A DNA stretch of 64,000 nt from Malacoraja senta (lineage: Eukaryota), in the NCBI GenBank assembly GCA_038087875.1, contig CM075995.1, forward strand, positions 2,110,001-2,174,000, given 5' to 3'. Positions 28,173 to 41,536 of this stretch are shown here, one piece after another (within the stretch, counting starts at the first letter, position 1; every line of letters begins with the position of its first letter). The notes under the pieces were generated by a model, which worked only from the letters and a program-made list of their open reading frames with translations, searched no databases and was not told the origin of the DNA. The translations under genes were made by a program, and so were the position numbers.

Positions 28173-28475
28173 GGGCAGCACAAGGGCATAGTAGCAGAGT
28201 AGCTTCCTTTCAGCGCCAGAGTCACAGATTTGATCCTAACTATGGGTGCTATTTGTACGGAGTTTGTATATTCTCCCTGTGACTGCGTGGGTTTCCTCCG
28301 GGGTGCTCCGGTTTCCTCCCTTACTCGAAAGACGTACAGGTTTGTAAGTTAATTGGCTTTGGTAAAATTATAAATTGTCCATAGTGTGTAGGATAGTGCG
28401 AGTGTACGGGGTGATCGCTGGTCGGCGCGAACTCGGTGGGCACGAAGAGCCTGTTTCCGCGCTGTATCTCTAAAA
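28173..28475 (+). mobile_element. tRNA-derived SINE inserted in an older minus-strand CR1 (~27060-28750)
   Basis: Matches the SINE consensus. The flanks are reverse-complement CR1 RT remnants (ORF 27600-27809). Confidence 0.75.
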
Positions 28476-30610
28476 TCTACAAACTCACTAACCAATCTAT
28501 CTACATGCACACACATCACAAACAAAGCACAGATCCCTGCGGAACTCCACTGTTCATAAGCCTCCAGCTAGAATAACACTCTTCCACCACAATCCTTTGT
28601 CGTCTATCAGCAGTCCAGTTCTGAATCCAAACGACTAAAGTCACTGTGAATCAAGTGCATCTTAATCTTCTGGATCAGCCAGCCATGGGTGACTTTATCA
28701 AATGCTTTACTAAAATCCATGGATGCATATCCACTGCCTACCCTCATCGATCTTGTCGGTTGTTCTTTGTCATCTCAGGTGAGATCAGATCAGATTGGTT
28801 TATTGTTATATACTGTATACCAGGGTGCAATCAAATTCTTTGTTCACATGAAGCTCACAGATTAAACAGTAAATACACAGCAAAGATCAATGAAATAATA
28901 AAAACAATGTCAAACATCAGATTGGTGCAAGATTACAGTGCAAAAAATTCCATAATGCAAAAGTACAATAATGCAATAACCAAATGAAGTAGGGTTAAAA
29001 GTAAGAGTATATGGCAGCACCTCCAGGAATGGGGTGTGAAAGAAAGAGGTAACTGATTCAAGAGTCCGATAGCTTTAATTGTTTTTTAATTTATTGATGC
29101 AGCATTGAACATCCTTTCAACCCACCGATTCCACACCGACCATCGATTACCCGTTCACACGAGTCATACAGCACGGAAACAGGCCCTTCAGCCCACCTCG
29201 TCCATGCTGACCAAGATACTCCATCTAAGCTAGTCCGCATTCGGTCGTGGGGGCTGTTCTTAAGTCTGGATAACAGGGCTTTCAAGCTCCTGCATCTTTT
29301 CCAAGAAGGTAAAGAAAAGGAAATGGTCGGGGTGACACGTATCCTTAATGATACTTCCAGCCTTCCTGATGCAACGCACAGTTAAGGTGAACTAGATGGA
29401 GGTTTATGACCAGGACTGTGATGGACCATGTATGTGGAATTCATTGCCACAGACGACTGTGAAAGCCAAGTCAATAGATATTTTTAAGGTGGACATTGGC
29501 AGATTCTTGATTAGTCAGCACTCAGGGGTTATGGGGAGAAAGCAGGAGAATGGGGTTGAAAGGGAAAGATGGATTAGCCATGATTGAATGACGGAGTAGA
29601 CTTGATGGGCCGAATGGCCTAATTCTGCTCCTAGAACTTATGGACAGGGCTGGGTTCACCACTCTCTGCTGGTTCTGATGGTCGAGAGCAGAGTAGCTTC
29701 CGTACCAGGCAGAGATGCCTTGCGTCAGTAAACCTTCAAGTTTGAGAGATTCTTCACTGACATGGCAAATCTTCCCGAGTGCCTTAGAACTTTCCCTGTA
29801 GCTGTAACCCTTTGTTCTGCACTCTGTTTATTTTCTATTTTGCACAGCCTAATGTACTTGTGTGATTGGACTAGATAGCATGTAGAAATGGTTTATTGCT
29901 TTAACTCGGTAAATGTGACAGTAATCAACCAGTTTCAACGGAGCACTCAGGATGCAGTTGGGGGGGGCCTGTAGTCCGTTTGTGAAGAACATACTGGTAT
30001 CCAAGGTAAATGGTGGTAGCAACACACCTCCACCAAAACCACCCATCAAACTATCCTGTCAGGATGCGACGGAAAGAACTGAAGATGCTAAAGTTGTCTG
30101 AGGAAGGGTCTCGACCCGAAACTTCACCCATTCCTTCTCTCCAAACTGTCTTCACAGATATTTACTGCCCCATCTGCAGAAGATTGGTCCCCTCAGCCGA
30201 CTCATAACAAAAATGGAAGCAAATCATCTTGGTACCAAGGGACTACCCAAGAAGGAGTTTCAAGTTCAGTGCAGTTTTTATGGTTCCCACCTGTCTACTT
30301 CACACTAAAGCACAAAAGAAAGTTGCTGTTCCATGGATGGATACGCCCGCCAACATTTGCACGGGCAGAATGAATTACGCATGAAATGCAGTCACCATTC
30401 TCTTTAGAATGAACAGCGGCTTCTATGTGCAAAGGAAGACCTCACCCACAGCAAATAAAATAATGATTAAAACAAAAAGACATTTCAGATTCCCAGCATC
30501 TGCAGGAAGGAGGAAAAATGCTGGAAATACTCAGCAGTTCAAGCAGTATTTATAATACAAGAAACTATTAACCATGCTAACCTGGCCAATTCCTCTGATT
30601 AATTAGTATA

Positions 30611-31116
30611 CTAGACCAAGTGGGACCCGTCGGGTCCTGTTCCTCCAACCCAATTTTCCACCACTCACCCGTTCCCCCAACGCAATATTCCACCACTCAC
30701 CCATAGCCCCCAACTGTGCAGGCTCATTTCCCCTCATCCCCCGGCACTCCCTCCCTCTCCTCTTCACCCTCCCTCTTTTTAAACTTAAAAAAAAATCTAA
30801 TTCCCTTGTCCTGCCCCTGCCCGTTAAAATGTTTCAAATGACGGGACTCAGTGTCCTGTCTTTGTAACATTGTAACGGGCAGGGGCAGGGCAAGGGAACT
30901 GGATTTTTTTAAGTAAGAAGTTGAATTTTTGAAGTTTAAAATGTGAATAACATAAAATATACCATCAATCTGAACGAAACGATGAAAACACACCACAGGA
31001 CAATGGTGAGTAAGATGGTCCATAAATTGTAGCGCCACCATGGCGTAGTTCTGGCAGCACCACACAGACAGACTCAAAGACATAGAAACAAACAAGATGA
31101 GAGTTTTAGTAATATA
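30611..31116 (-). mobile_element. Short non-autonomous Helitron
   Basis: Minus-strand 3' end is a GGACCCGACGGGTCC hairpin followed by CACTTGGT-CTAG and then T. The 5' end TATATTACTAAAACTCTCATCTTG resembles the family 5' terminus. Confidence 0.7.
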
Positions 31117-31421
31117 CTAGACTAAGTGGGACCCGTTGGGTCCCATGTTCACACGGGAGGGCTTGTCCCCCAACGCATTATTCCACCTCTCCACCAATTC
31201 CAATATTGGTGGCCAGTGGGGGGGGGGGGGGGCTTTCTATGGCGCTGGTATGGGTGTTGTTGGCTGCAGGGACTACTGGTCTCCAGAGGGCTAGTATGGA
31301 TATTGTGGGCCAAATGGATTCTTGGGGTGATAGCTCAGTCCCTCAAGCCTGATGTGCTGGCAGCTCACTCACGGCTGGTGGGCTGGCAGTTGACTCACGA
31401 CTATTCCTTGAAATTCCATTT

Positions 31422-31862
31422 CAAGCAGAGTGCAAGGCCACCAAATTCAAATCCATTTTCCTACCATTTCAAGTAGGGTGCAAGGCCACCAAATTCAAGT
31501 GCAGTTTCTTACCTCTTCGAGCAGGGTTCAAGGCCACAAAATTCAAGTGCAGTTTCATACCACTTCAAGCAGGGTGCAAGGCCACCAAATTCAAGTTCAG
31601 TTTCCTACCACTTCAAGCAGGGTGCAAGGCCACCGAATTTGTGCATTTTCCAACCACTTCAAGCAGGGTGCAAGGCCACCAAATTCAAGTGCAGTTTCAC
31701 ACCACTTCAAGCAGGGTGCAAGGCCACCAACTTCAAGTGCAGTTTCATACCATTTCAAGGAGGGTGCAAGGCCACCAAATTCAAATGTAGTTTCATACTA
31801 TTTCATGCAGGGTGCAAGGCCAGCACATTCAAATGCAGTTTCATACTATTTCAAGCAGGGTG
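31422..31862. repeat. ~47-bp minisatellite (CAAGCAGGGTGCAAGGCCACCAAATTCAAGTGCAGTTTCATACCATTT), ~9 units
   Basis: Tandem units read directly. The homologous array is at 38159-38458. Confidence 0.9.
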
Positions 31863-32240
31863 AAACCACCATAAAACCACACAAAACACCACACTCACAG
31901 TTCAGTAGACATTCAGTGTGTTCAGTTGATTCACAGCTCAGAGTCGTGACCTCTCCCTCCCCCATCATGCAGAAAATGAGCCACACCCACACTTCCGGGT
32001 TTTATAATCCCTCCCCCTCCCACCGGAAAAGGTGTGACCTTCATGGCGTGATTGACAGGAGAGAGATTCTCAACATTTTTTAAAACATTAATAACACTTT
32101 TATTTTTAATTGATGGGAAGAATCCTCTGCACCTGATGAGCGGAGGGGGGCTGAGTAAGATGCCCAAAATTCACAGCCAAAAGTGGTAGCATTTTATCTA
32201 AAATCAATATAGTGCAAACAGGAAGTTGTCAAGTTTAGAC

Positions 32241-33258
32241 AAACAACCATTTGCAGGCAGTGCCTTTTCACTTCAACCCAAACCCCCCAAACAACCATGT
32301 GTAGGCAGTGCCTTTTCACTTTAACCCAAACCCCCCCAGACAACCATGTGCAGGCAGTGCCTTTTCACTTCAACCCAAACCCCCCAAACAACCATTTGCA
32401 GGCAGTGCCTTTTCACTTCAACCCAAACCCCCCAAACAACCATTTGCAGGCAGTGCCTTTTCACTTCAACCCAAACCCCCCCCCATACAACCATTTACAG
32501 TGCCTTTTCACTTCAACCCAAACCCCCCAAACAACCATTTGCAGGCAGTGCCTTTTTACTTCAACCCAACCCCCCCAAACAACCATTTGCAGCCAGTGCC
32601 TTTTCACTTCAACCCAAACCCCCCCCCCCAAACAACTATTTGCAGGCAGTGTCTTTTCACTTCAACCCAACCCCCCCCAAACAACCATTTGCAGGCAGTG
32701 CCTTTTCACTTCAACCCAAACCCCCCCCCAAACAACCACTTGCAGGCAGTGCATTTTCACTTCAACCCAAATGCCCCCAAACAACCATTTGTAGGCAGTG
32801 CCTTTTCACTTCAACCCAAACCCCCCCAAACAACCATTTGCAGGCAGTGCCTTTTCACTTCAACCCAAACCCCCAAACAACCATTTGTAGGCAGTGCCTT
32901 TTCACTTCAACCCAAACCCCCCAAACAACCATTTGCAGGCAGTGCCTTTTCACTTCAACCCAACCCCCCCCCCCAAGCAACCATTTGCAGGCAGTGCCTT
33001 TTCACTTCAACCCAAACCCCCCCCCCAAACAACCATTTGCAGGCAGTGCCTTTTCACTTCAACCCAAACCCCCCCCAAACAACCATTTGCAGGCAGTGCC
33101 TTTTCACTTCAACCCAAACCCCCCCAAACAACCATTTGCAGGCAGTGCCTTTTCACTTCAACCCAAACCCCCCCCCAAACAACCATTTGCAGGCAGTGCC
33201 TTTTCACTTCAACCCAAACCCTCCAAACAACCATTTGCAGGCAGTGCCTTTTTACTTC
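32241..33258. repeat. ~47-50-bp minisatellite (AAACAACCATTTGCAGGCAGTGCCTTTTCACTTCAACCCAAAC(C)n), ~21 units
   Basis: Units differ mainly in poly-C length. The array accounts for the repetitive ORFs at 32297-33313. Confidence 0.95.
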
Positions 33259-36200
33259 AAACCAACCATATTTTCATTTTCAAACCACATTAAGGGCACT
33301 CACAGTTGAGTAGACATGTGTTCAGTGTTATTCAGAGCTCAGAGAGACGTGACCCTCTGGTTTCCTCCATCTTGCAGAGACTGATTGAGGCACACCACTT
33401 CCGGGTTTTATAGTCCCTCCCCCCTCCCACCAGCAGGGGAAGCAGAGAGAATGGCAATTAAAAAAAAAACATGAATATGTCTCTGATTTTTCATCGATGA
33501 GAATAATCCTCTGGAAACTAAATGCATAAACATCAATGATGAAAGAAAATGTCACAAAAGATATGCAGAGTGGAGATCCTACAGGTAGAATTAAGAACAG
33601 ATTAAGGAGGGGGCCTCTGAGCGAGGTGGCCAAAAATGACGGCCGTAAGTGGCGGCATTCTCTCGGAAATCAAATCACAGTGCGTCAAAAGCGGTCAAGA
33701 TCTTACTTTTGGTAATATAGATGGATACATAGATGTTGATAGTTAGCCAAAACATTGAAAGTATTCCCTGCATTTCTCGAAAGAAATATCATGTGAACTT
33801 TTATGCTCTTCATAACAGGAAAATGAAGCAATCTACATTACACTAGAAAGGTAGCAACTTCACGTCACAAGCTTCCAATTATACAATTTCAATACTAACT
33901 ATGCCTTTTATCTCGGAAAGTAAGTTTGAATTTTCAATCTGTCTTTGCAACTTCCACATACAATGCCTTTTAAGACCCCTTACTCTTCCGCATTTCATGA
34001 GTGCAACAAGACAAGAATAATCCCGGGGATGATTGGGTTCAAATATGATGAGCTTATGACAGCTTTGGGCCTGTACTTGGATGAGGGGAGACCTAATTGA
34101 AACTTACCGAGAGTGAAAGGCCTGGATAGAGTAGATGCGGAGAGGATTGTTCCACTCGTGGGAGAGTCTAGAACCAGAGGGCACAGCCTCAGAATAAAAG
34201 GACATACCTTCAGAAAGGATATGAGGAGAAATTTATTTAGTAAGAGGGTGGTGAATCTGTGGAATCCTTTGCCAGACAGCTGTGATGGCCATCAATGGGT
34301 ATTTGTAATGCAGAGATTGGCAGTTTCTTGATTAGTAAGTGTGTCAAATGTTAAGGGGAGAAGGCAGGAACATGGGGTTGAGAGGGAAAGATTGATCAGC
34401 CATGTTTGAATGGCAGAGTAGACTCGATGGGCCGAATGGCCTAATTCTGCTCCCATGACTTAAGAACTAGATGAAGAAAGATAAAGTAAGAAAGTTGATC
34501 AAAGATTAGCAAAAGGGGTAAATTGTATCAAAAGTTATATACTATGTAGGAAAGAACTGCAGATGCTGGATTAAATCAAGGGTAGACACAAAATGCTGGA
34601 GTAACTCAGCGGGACAGGCAGCATCTCTGGAGAGACCCAAAACGTTACCCATTCCTTCTCGACCCGAACATTTTGGGTCGAGACCCTTCTTCAGACTGAA
34701 GAAGGGTCTCGACACAAAACGTCACCCATTCCTTCTCTCCAGAGATGCTGCCTGTCCGGCTGAGTTACTCCAGCATTTTATGTCTACCAAATGTTATATG
34801 CTACTTTTTTTCCCCAGGATGGAAATATCAAAGACTAGAGGGCATCGCTATAAGTTGAGAAAGACAGAGTTTAATGGGAATGTGCGGAACAAGTTTTTTT
34901 TACACAGAAGAATGGTGGGTGCCTAGAATGCACTACCAGAGATGGTGATAGACGCAGTCGTGATAGAGACAGGTACAATAGTGGCATTTATGAGGCCTTT
35001 AGATTGGCAGAGAAAAGAGGCATATGGATCACATGCAGGCAGAGGAGATTAATAATAAATATGATTCGAAAATGCAGAGGGTGGGTTAGAGAGTATGGAC
35101 CAAATGAAGGCTCTTTATACATACACAATATCAAACAACACACTCAGTCAATAACAGGCACAAATTCAACTTAGAGGAATACATTGCAAACATCATTGCG
35201 AATTGGATGCAAACAGGGCTGGAAACTAAATGCATAAACATCAATGATGAAAGAAAATGTCACAAAAGATATGTAGAGTGGAGATCCTACAGGTAGAATT
35301 AAGAACAGAAAAGGATTGTCAACCAGTTGGAGATGTGTGTGGGCCACTGTTACTAACCTCGATATGGCTTAATGCAAAATGCAGATCTTGAACAAATTAC
35401 ACAGCAAAGACACGGTGATTTTAATAGGGAGTTTTATCTTTCAAATATATTGATAAGTAAACCACGACTATCTGAATAAACAGGTTGGGTTCAATCCTGA
35501 CTGGTGCTGTCTGAACAGAGTTTGTACGTTCTCCCCGTGATCGTGTGGGTTTTTCCTCCCACACTCCAAAGACGTACAGATTTGTAAGTGAATTGGCTTT
35601 GTTGAAATTGTAAATTGTCCTAATGTGTAGGACGGTGCTAATGAACGGGGATTGCTGGTCGGCACAGACGCGGTGGGCCGAAGGGCCCCGTTTCCGTGCT
35701 GTATCTCCAAACTGAACAAATCAACTACTCATTCGGGTTTTAGGAAAGGCTTGCTTCGATGCCATGGGATACAGACCACCCCTCCAACTTACCACTGAGT
35801 AAAAGAAGAGATATGTAGACCTTATTCAAGTGAATTTCATGTGAAAGAAGAACTTTAGCATTGAGCCATGGATAACTAAAGGGACATGGCACACAATCTG
35901 TACATAGATAAAAAATAACTAGTACAGATGCTTGTGACTAGAAGAGATCGATAATAAAGTGACAATGCAGTCAGCAAGCTAGTTTAGTTTAGTTTAGTTT
36001 AGTTTATTGTCATGTGTACTGAGTTAGTGAAAAGCTTTTGTTGCGTGCCAACCAGTCAGCGGAAAGACAATACATGATTACAATCAAGCCATTTACAGTG
36101 TATATTACCAGAATCAAACAGGAAACCTAAGAAATATCAAAACTAAATAACATTATATCAGCTAAAACAGTGATTAAGAGTAATGTGGGCCCTTTGAATA

Positions 36201-37869
36201 ACAACAACTGGTATTAGAAATGAAGGAGAGTTTAAATGATTGCTTTACACCAGAGATGTTAATGTTCGGAGATGGCATCTCAGACATTAAAGAAAACAAA
36301 TATTTAATCAGGGAGACAGATTCCTCAAAATATAAACAAAATGAGGATCATAGTGGCAATAAAAAGTGACAAACCCGAGGAGCCAGTTGGTTCCCATCTC
36401 TTGGTTAAAGGGCATAAATGAAAATATTAAAGATGCTCATGTCATTTTGAAAAGCTGGAATCATTCCTATAAACCAGAAGTTCTCATGCTGCTCTGCTTT
36501 ACGAGAAAGTTGAGAAAGCAGCAAGTGAATTCAAAACTCTTGCCCAGTGTAGTGAAATCGAAAACCAGACGACATAGATTTATGGTGAGGGGTAAAAGAT
36601 TTAATAGGAATCTGAGGGGTAACTTTGTCATGCAAAGGGTGGAAGGTGTATGGAAAGAGCTGCCAGAGGAGGCAGTTGAGGCAGGTACTACAGGGCTCGA
36701 AATTAGCGGTTGCCCGGTTGTCAATGGCAACCCAGTCTCAACCTAAAAGCCATGCCATTTTGCCCGGCTTGGCAAGCACCCGGGACACCTGAGCAGGCCC
36801 CCTCTCTATCTTTCTCTCTCTCTCTATCTTTCTCTCTCTCTCCGTCTCCGCCCGCTGTCCGTGTCTCCGCCCGCTCCTCGTCCGCCGGCACGGCCGGCCG
36901 CCTTACACATGCGCACAACCACGGCCAGCACCAAAGATCCTGTAGCGAGGATCTTTGGCCAGCACATCATCGGCCGTGGTTGTGCGCATGTGCCGCCCTG
37001 CACATGCGCACTGCCACTGCAACTGGTCGGCGTCGGCCACTTCTCCCTCCCTTTGCATGGTGGGAGATCTGGCCGCCATTGCTGTCCACTCGCCGCGACC
37101 GCTGAAAACCAACGCAGAATCACTCATTCGAACTGGAGTAACTCCCTGGAGTAACTCTTGCTTGTTGGTTTCCTGGTCCTCCAAAAATATTCGAAATGGA
37201 ATTTAAATAGAATTTAAACACCACCACCAAACTCTGAAAAATAACAGCCTATTGCATTTTATCTGTTTATTTATTGTGTATATATATATGGTCTATGGTA
37301 TATAGACACAGTCAACTTTTATCTCCTGTTCTGTATTATGTTTACATATTCTGTTGTGCTGCAGCAAGCAAGAATTTCATTGTCCTATCTGGGACACATG
37401 ACAATAAAACTCTCTTGACTCTTGACATGGACTTAAACAAAAAAGGGTTCTTGGGGAAAAAAAGAGCTACCTTAAATTTAATTGCTTCTGGTTGGGTACC
37501 TATAGTAGGGTCACAGTTTACAAATCACCATGGAGCAGTCAACATCTCAGGATAGAATAAATTGGGTGACGTTTCGGGTAGAGACCCTTCTTTAGATTTC
37601 CTCTGGTTTTAGTGTTTTAGTTTAATTTAAAGATACAACGTGGAAACAGGCCCTTCAGCCCACCGAGTCCACGCCGACCACCGATCACCCATACACTAGT
37701 TCTATCCCACACATTAGCGACATAACTCATGAGTCAAGAGTGTTTTATTCTCTCATGTCTCATTGAAATCCTTACTTGCACCAGCAGAATAGGTAAACAA
37801 AGTACTCTGTAAACAATGTTATAAACGAGAAAACAAAAGTGTATATTTATATATGAATATATAACTATA

Positions 37870-40826
37870 CTAGACTAAGTGGGACCCGTTGGGAGGGCTG
37901 GTCTCCCGACGCAATATTACACCTCTCCACAATTCCAATATTGGTGGCCAGGGGGGGGGGGGGGGGGGCTTCCTGGAGCGCTGGTATTGGGTGTTGTTGG
38001 CTGCAGGGACTACTGGTCTCCAGAGGGCTAGTATGGACATTGTGGGCCAAATGAATTCTTAGGGTGGCAGCTCAGTCCCTCACGCCTGATGTGCTGGCAG
38101 CTCACTCACGGCTGGTGGGCTGCCAGTTGACTCACGGCTATTCATTAAAATTCCATTTCAAGCAGAGTGCAAGGCCACCAAATTCAAATCCATTTTCCTA
38201 CCATTTCAAGCAGGGTGCAAGGCCACCAAATTCAAGTGCAGTTTCTTACCTCTTCGAGCAGGGTGCAAGGCCATCAAATTCAGGTTCAGATTCCTACCAC
38301 TTCAAGCAGGGTGCAAGGCCACCGAATTCAAGTGCAGTTTCCAACCACTTCAAGCAGGGTGCAAGGCCACCAAATGTAAGTGCAGTTTCATACCATTTCA
38401 AGGAGGGGGCAAGGCCACCACATTCAAATGCAGTTTCATACTATTTCAAGCAGGGTGAAACCACCATAAAAACCACCATAAAACCACACAAAAACACCAC
38501 ACTCACAGTTCAGTAGACATTCAGTGTGTTCAGTTGATTCACACCTCAGACAGAGTCGTGACCTCTACCTCCCCCATCATGCAGAGATTGAGCCACACCC
38601 ACACTTCCGGGTTTTATAATCCCTCCCCCTCCCACCGGAAAAGGTGTGGCCTTCATGGCTTGATTGACAGGAGAGAGATTCTCAACATTTTTTAACCACT
38701 AATAACACTTTTGTTTTTCATCGATGGGAAGAATCCTCTGCACCTGATGAGCGGAGCGGAACTGAGTAAAACGGCCAAAAATCACAGCCGTAAGTGGTAG
38801 CGTTTTATCAAAAATCAACACAGTGCAAACAGGAAGTTGTCAAGCTTAGACAAACAAACCATTTGCAGGGCAGTGCCTTTTCACTTCAACCCAAACCTCC
38901 CAAACAACCAATTCCAGGCAGTGCCTTTTCACTTCAACCCAAACACCCCAAACAACCATTTGCAGGCAGTGCCTTTTCACTTCAACCCAACCCCCCCCCC
39001 CCCCAAACAACCACTTGCAGGCAGTGCCTTTTCACTTCGACCCAAACCCCCCAAACAAACATTTGCAGGCAGTGCCTTTTCACTTCAACCCAAACCCCCC
39101 AAACAACCATTTGCAGGCAGTGCCTTTTCACTTCAACCCAAACCCCCCCCAAACAACCATTTGCAGGCAGTGCCTATTCACTTCAACCCAAACCCCCCAA
39201 ACAAACATTTGCAGGCAGTGCCTTTTCACTTCAACCCAAACCCCCCAACAACCATTTGCAGGCAGTGCCTTTTCACTTCAACCCAAACCCCCCAAACAAC
39301 CATTTCCAGGCAGTGCCTTTTCACTTCAACCCAAACCCCCCAAACAAACATTTGCAGGCAGTGCCTTTTCACTTCAACCCAAACTACCATTTGCAGGCAG
39401 TGCCTTTTCACTTCAACCCAAACCCCCCAAACAACCATTTGCAGGCAGTGCCTTTTCACTTAGAAACATAGAAACATAGAAAATAGGTGCAGGAGTAGGC
39501 CATTCGGCCCTTCGAGCCTGCACCGCCATTCAATATGATCATGGCTGTTCATCCAACTCAGTATCCTGTACCTGCCTTCTCTCCATACCCCCTGATCCCT
39601 TTAGCCACAAGGGCCAAATCTAACTCCCTCTTAAATATAGCCAATGAACTGGCCTCAACTACATTCTGTGGCAGAGAATTCCACAGATTCACCACTCTCT
39701 ATGTAAAAAATGATTTTCTCATCTCTGTCCTAAAAGACTTCCCCCTTATCCTTAAACTGTGACCCCTTGTTCTGGACTTCCCCAACATCGGGAATAATCT
39801 TCCTGCATCTAGCCTGTCCAACTCCTTAAGAATTTTGTACGTTTCTATAAAATCCCCCCTCAATCTTCTAAATTCTAGCGAGTACAAGCCAAGTCTATCC
39901 AGTCTTTCTTCATATGAAAGTCCAGCAATCACAGGAATCAGTCTGGTGAACCATCTCTGTACTCCCTCTATGGCAAGAATGTCTTTCCTCAGATTAGGAG
40001 ACCAAAACTGTACGCAATACTCCAGGTGTGGTCTCACCAAGACCCTGTACAACTGCAGTAGAACCTCCCTGCTCTTATACTCAAATCCTTTTGCTATGAA
40101 TGCTAACATACCATTCGCTTTCTTCACTGCCTGCTGCACCTGCATGCCTACTTTCAATGACTGGTGTACCATGACACCCAGGTCTCATTTCATCTCCCTT
40201 TTTCCTAATCGGCCACCATTCAGATAATAGTCTACTTTCCTGTTTTTGCCACCAAAGTGGATAACCTCACATTTATCCACATTATACTGCATCTGCCATG
40301 CATTTGCCCACTCACCCAACCTATCCAAGTCACCTTGCAGCCTCCTCACAGCTAACACTGCCCCCCCAGCTTCGTGTCATCCGCAAACTTGGAGATGTTG
40401 CATTCCATTCCCTCAACCATTTGCAGGCAGTGCCTTTTTACTTCAAACCAACCATATTTTCATTTTCAAACCACATTAAGGGCACTCACAGTTGAGTAGA
40501 CATGTGTTCAGTGTTATTCAGAGCTCAGAGAGACGTGACCCTCTGGCTTCCTCCATCTTGCAGAGACTGAGTGAGGCACACCACTTCCTGGTTTTATAGA
40601 CCCTCCCCCTCCCTCCAGCAGGGGCAGCAGAGAGAATGGCAATTAAAAAAAACACATTAATATCTCTCTGATTTTTCATCGATGGGAAGAATCCTCTGGT
40701 CCAGGAAGGCGGAGGGGGGCTCTGAGCGAGGTGGCCAAAAATGACGTCCGTAGGTGGCGGCATTCTCTCGGAAATCACAGCACAGTGAGCCAAAAGCGGT
40801 CAAGATCAGACTTTTAGTAATATAGA
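37870..40826 (-). mobile_element. Non-autonomous Helitron (same family as 31117-33721), interrupted by a CR1
   Basis: 5' end A^TCTATATTACTAAAAGTCTGATCTTGACC at 40826. 3' CTAG at 37870-37873, with the hairpin partly deleted. It carries the same two minisatellites (38159-38458 and 38851-39460). Confidence 0.85.
39461..40413 (-). mobile_element. 5'-truncated CR1 inserted into the Helitron minisatellite
   Basis: ORF 39699-40172 encodes the RT C-terminus. TAGAAACATAGAAACATAGA tail. The minisatellite unit resumes at ~40414. Confidence 0.92.
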
Positions 40827-41536
40827 TATAGATATATATAACTATACACACACACACACAATTTCCCTCCTGGGATTAATAAAGTTCTATCGTATAGTAT
40901 TGTGTGTGTAGGAAAGAACTGCAGATGCTGGTTTAAACACAAAAAGCTGGAGTAACTCAACAGGTTAGACAGAATCTCTGGACAAAAGGAAAATATTCTG
41001 TTTTGGCTTGGGTCTGAAAAACGTTCCTGCACACCTTTGGAATGTGGAAGGAAACAAGAGCACCCGGAGAAAATCCATGCGATCAAAGGGATACATACCC
41101 CATACAGACAGCACCCATATTCAGGATCAATTCCGGGTCTCTGGCAATTTTAGGCAATTCATAGTCTTGAACTGAATTAAAACATACAGTAGCTGTAAAG
41201 GGGGACATAGCATCACTTAGAGATTTAAGAGTGAAATTGGATAGTTTCCTTTTTTTAGTAACCAAAGTTATCAACGTATAATGTTTTGTGTGTTGGAAAA
41301 TAAAATATAGAGGCACAGCTGGTGGACTTGCTGCCTCACACACCAGGGATCTGTGTTCGATCCTGTCCTCGGGCACTGTCTGTGTTGAACTGCACATTCT
41401 CCCTGCAAGCATGTAGGTTTCCTCCCACAACCCAAAGATGCATTGGCTTTGTAGGTTAACTTGTCTCAGTAAAATTGCCCCTAATGTGTAGGGAGTGGGT
41501 GAGGAAAGTGGGATAACCGAACTTGTGTGAAAGGGG

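Larger units (their letters stand above)
31117..33721 (-). mobile_element. Non-autonomous Helitron carrying two minisatellite arrays
   Basis: 5' end A^TCTATATTACCAAAAG at 33721. 3' end GGGACCCAACGGGTCCC hairpin plus ACTTAGT-CTAG at 31117. No TSD. Confidence 0.85.

Noticed and set aside
32241..33313. CRISPR-like array, or repetitive-protein ORFs of 315-333 aa
   Set aside because: The units are contiguous with no unique spacers, and no cas genes are present. Several frames are open only because the unit lacks stop codons. It is a Helitron minisatellite.
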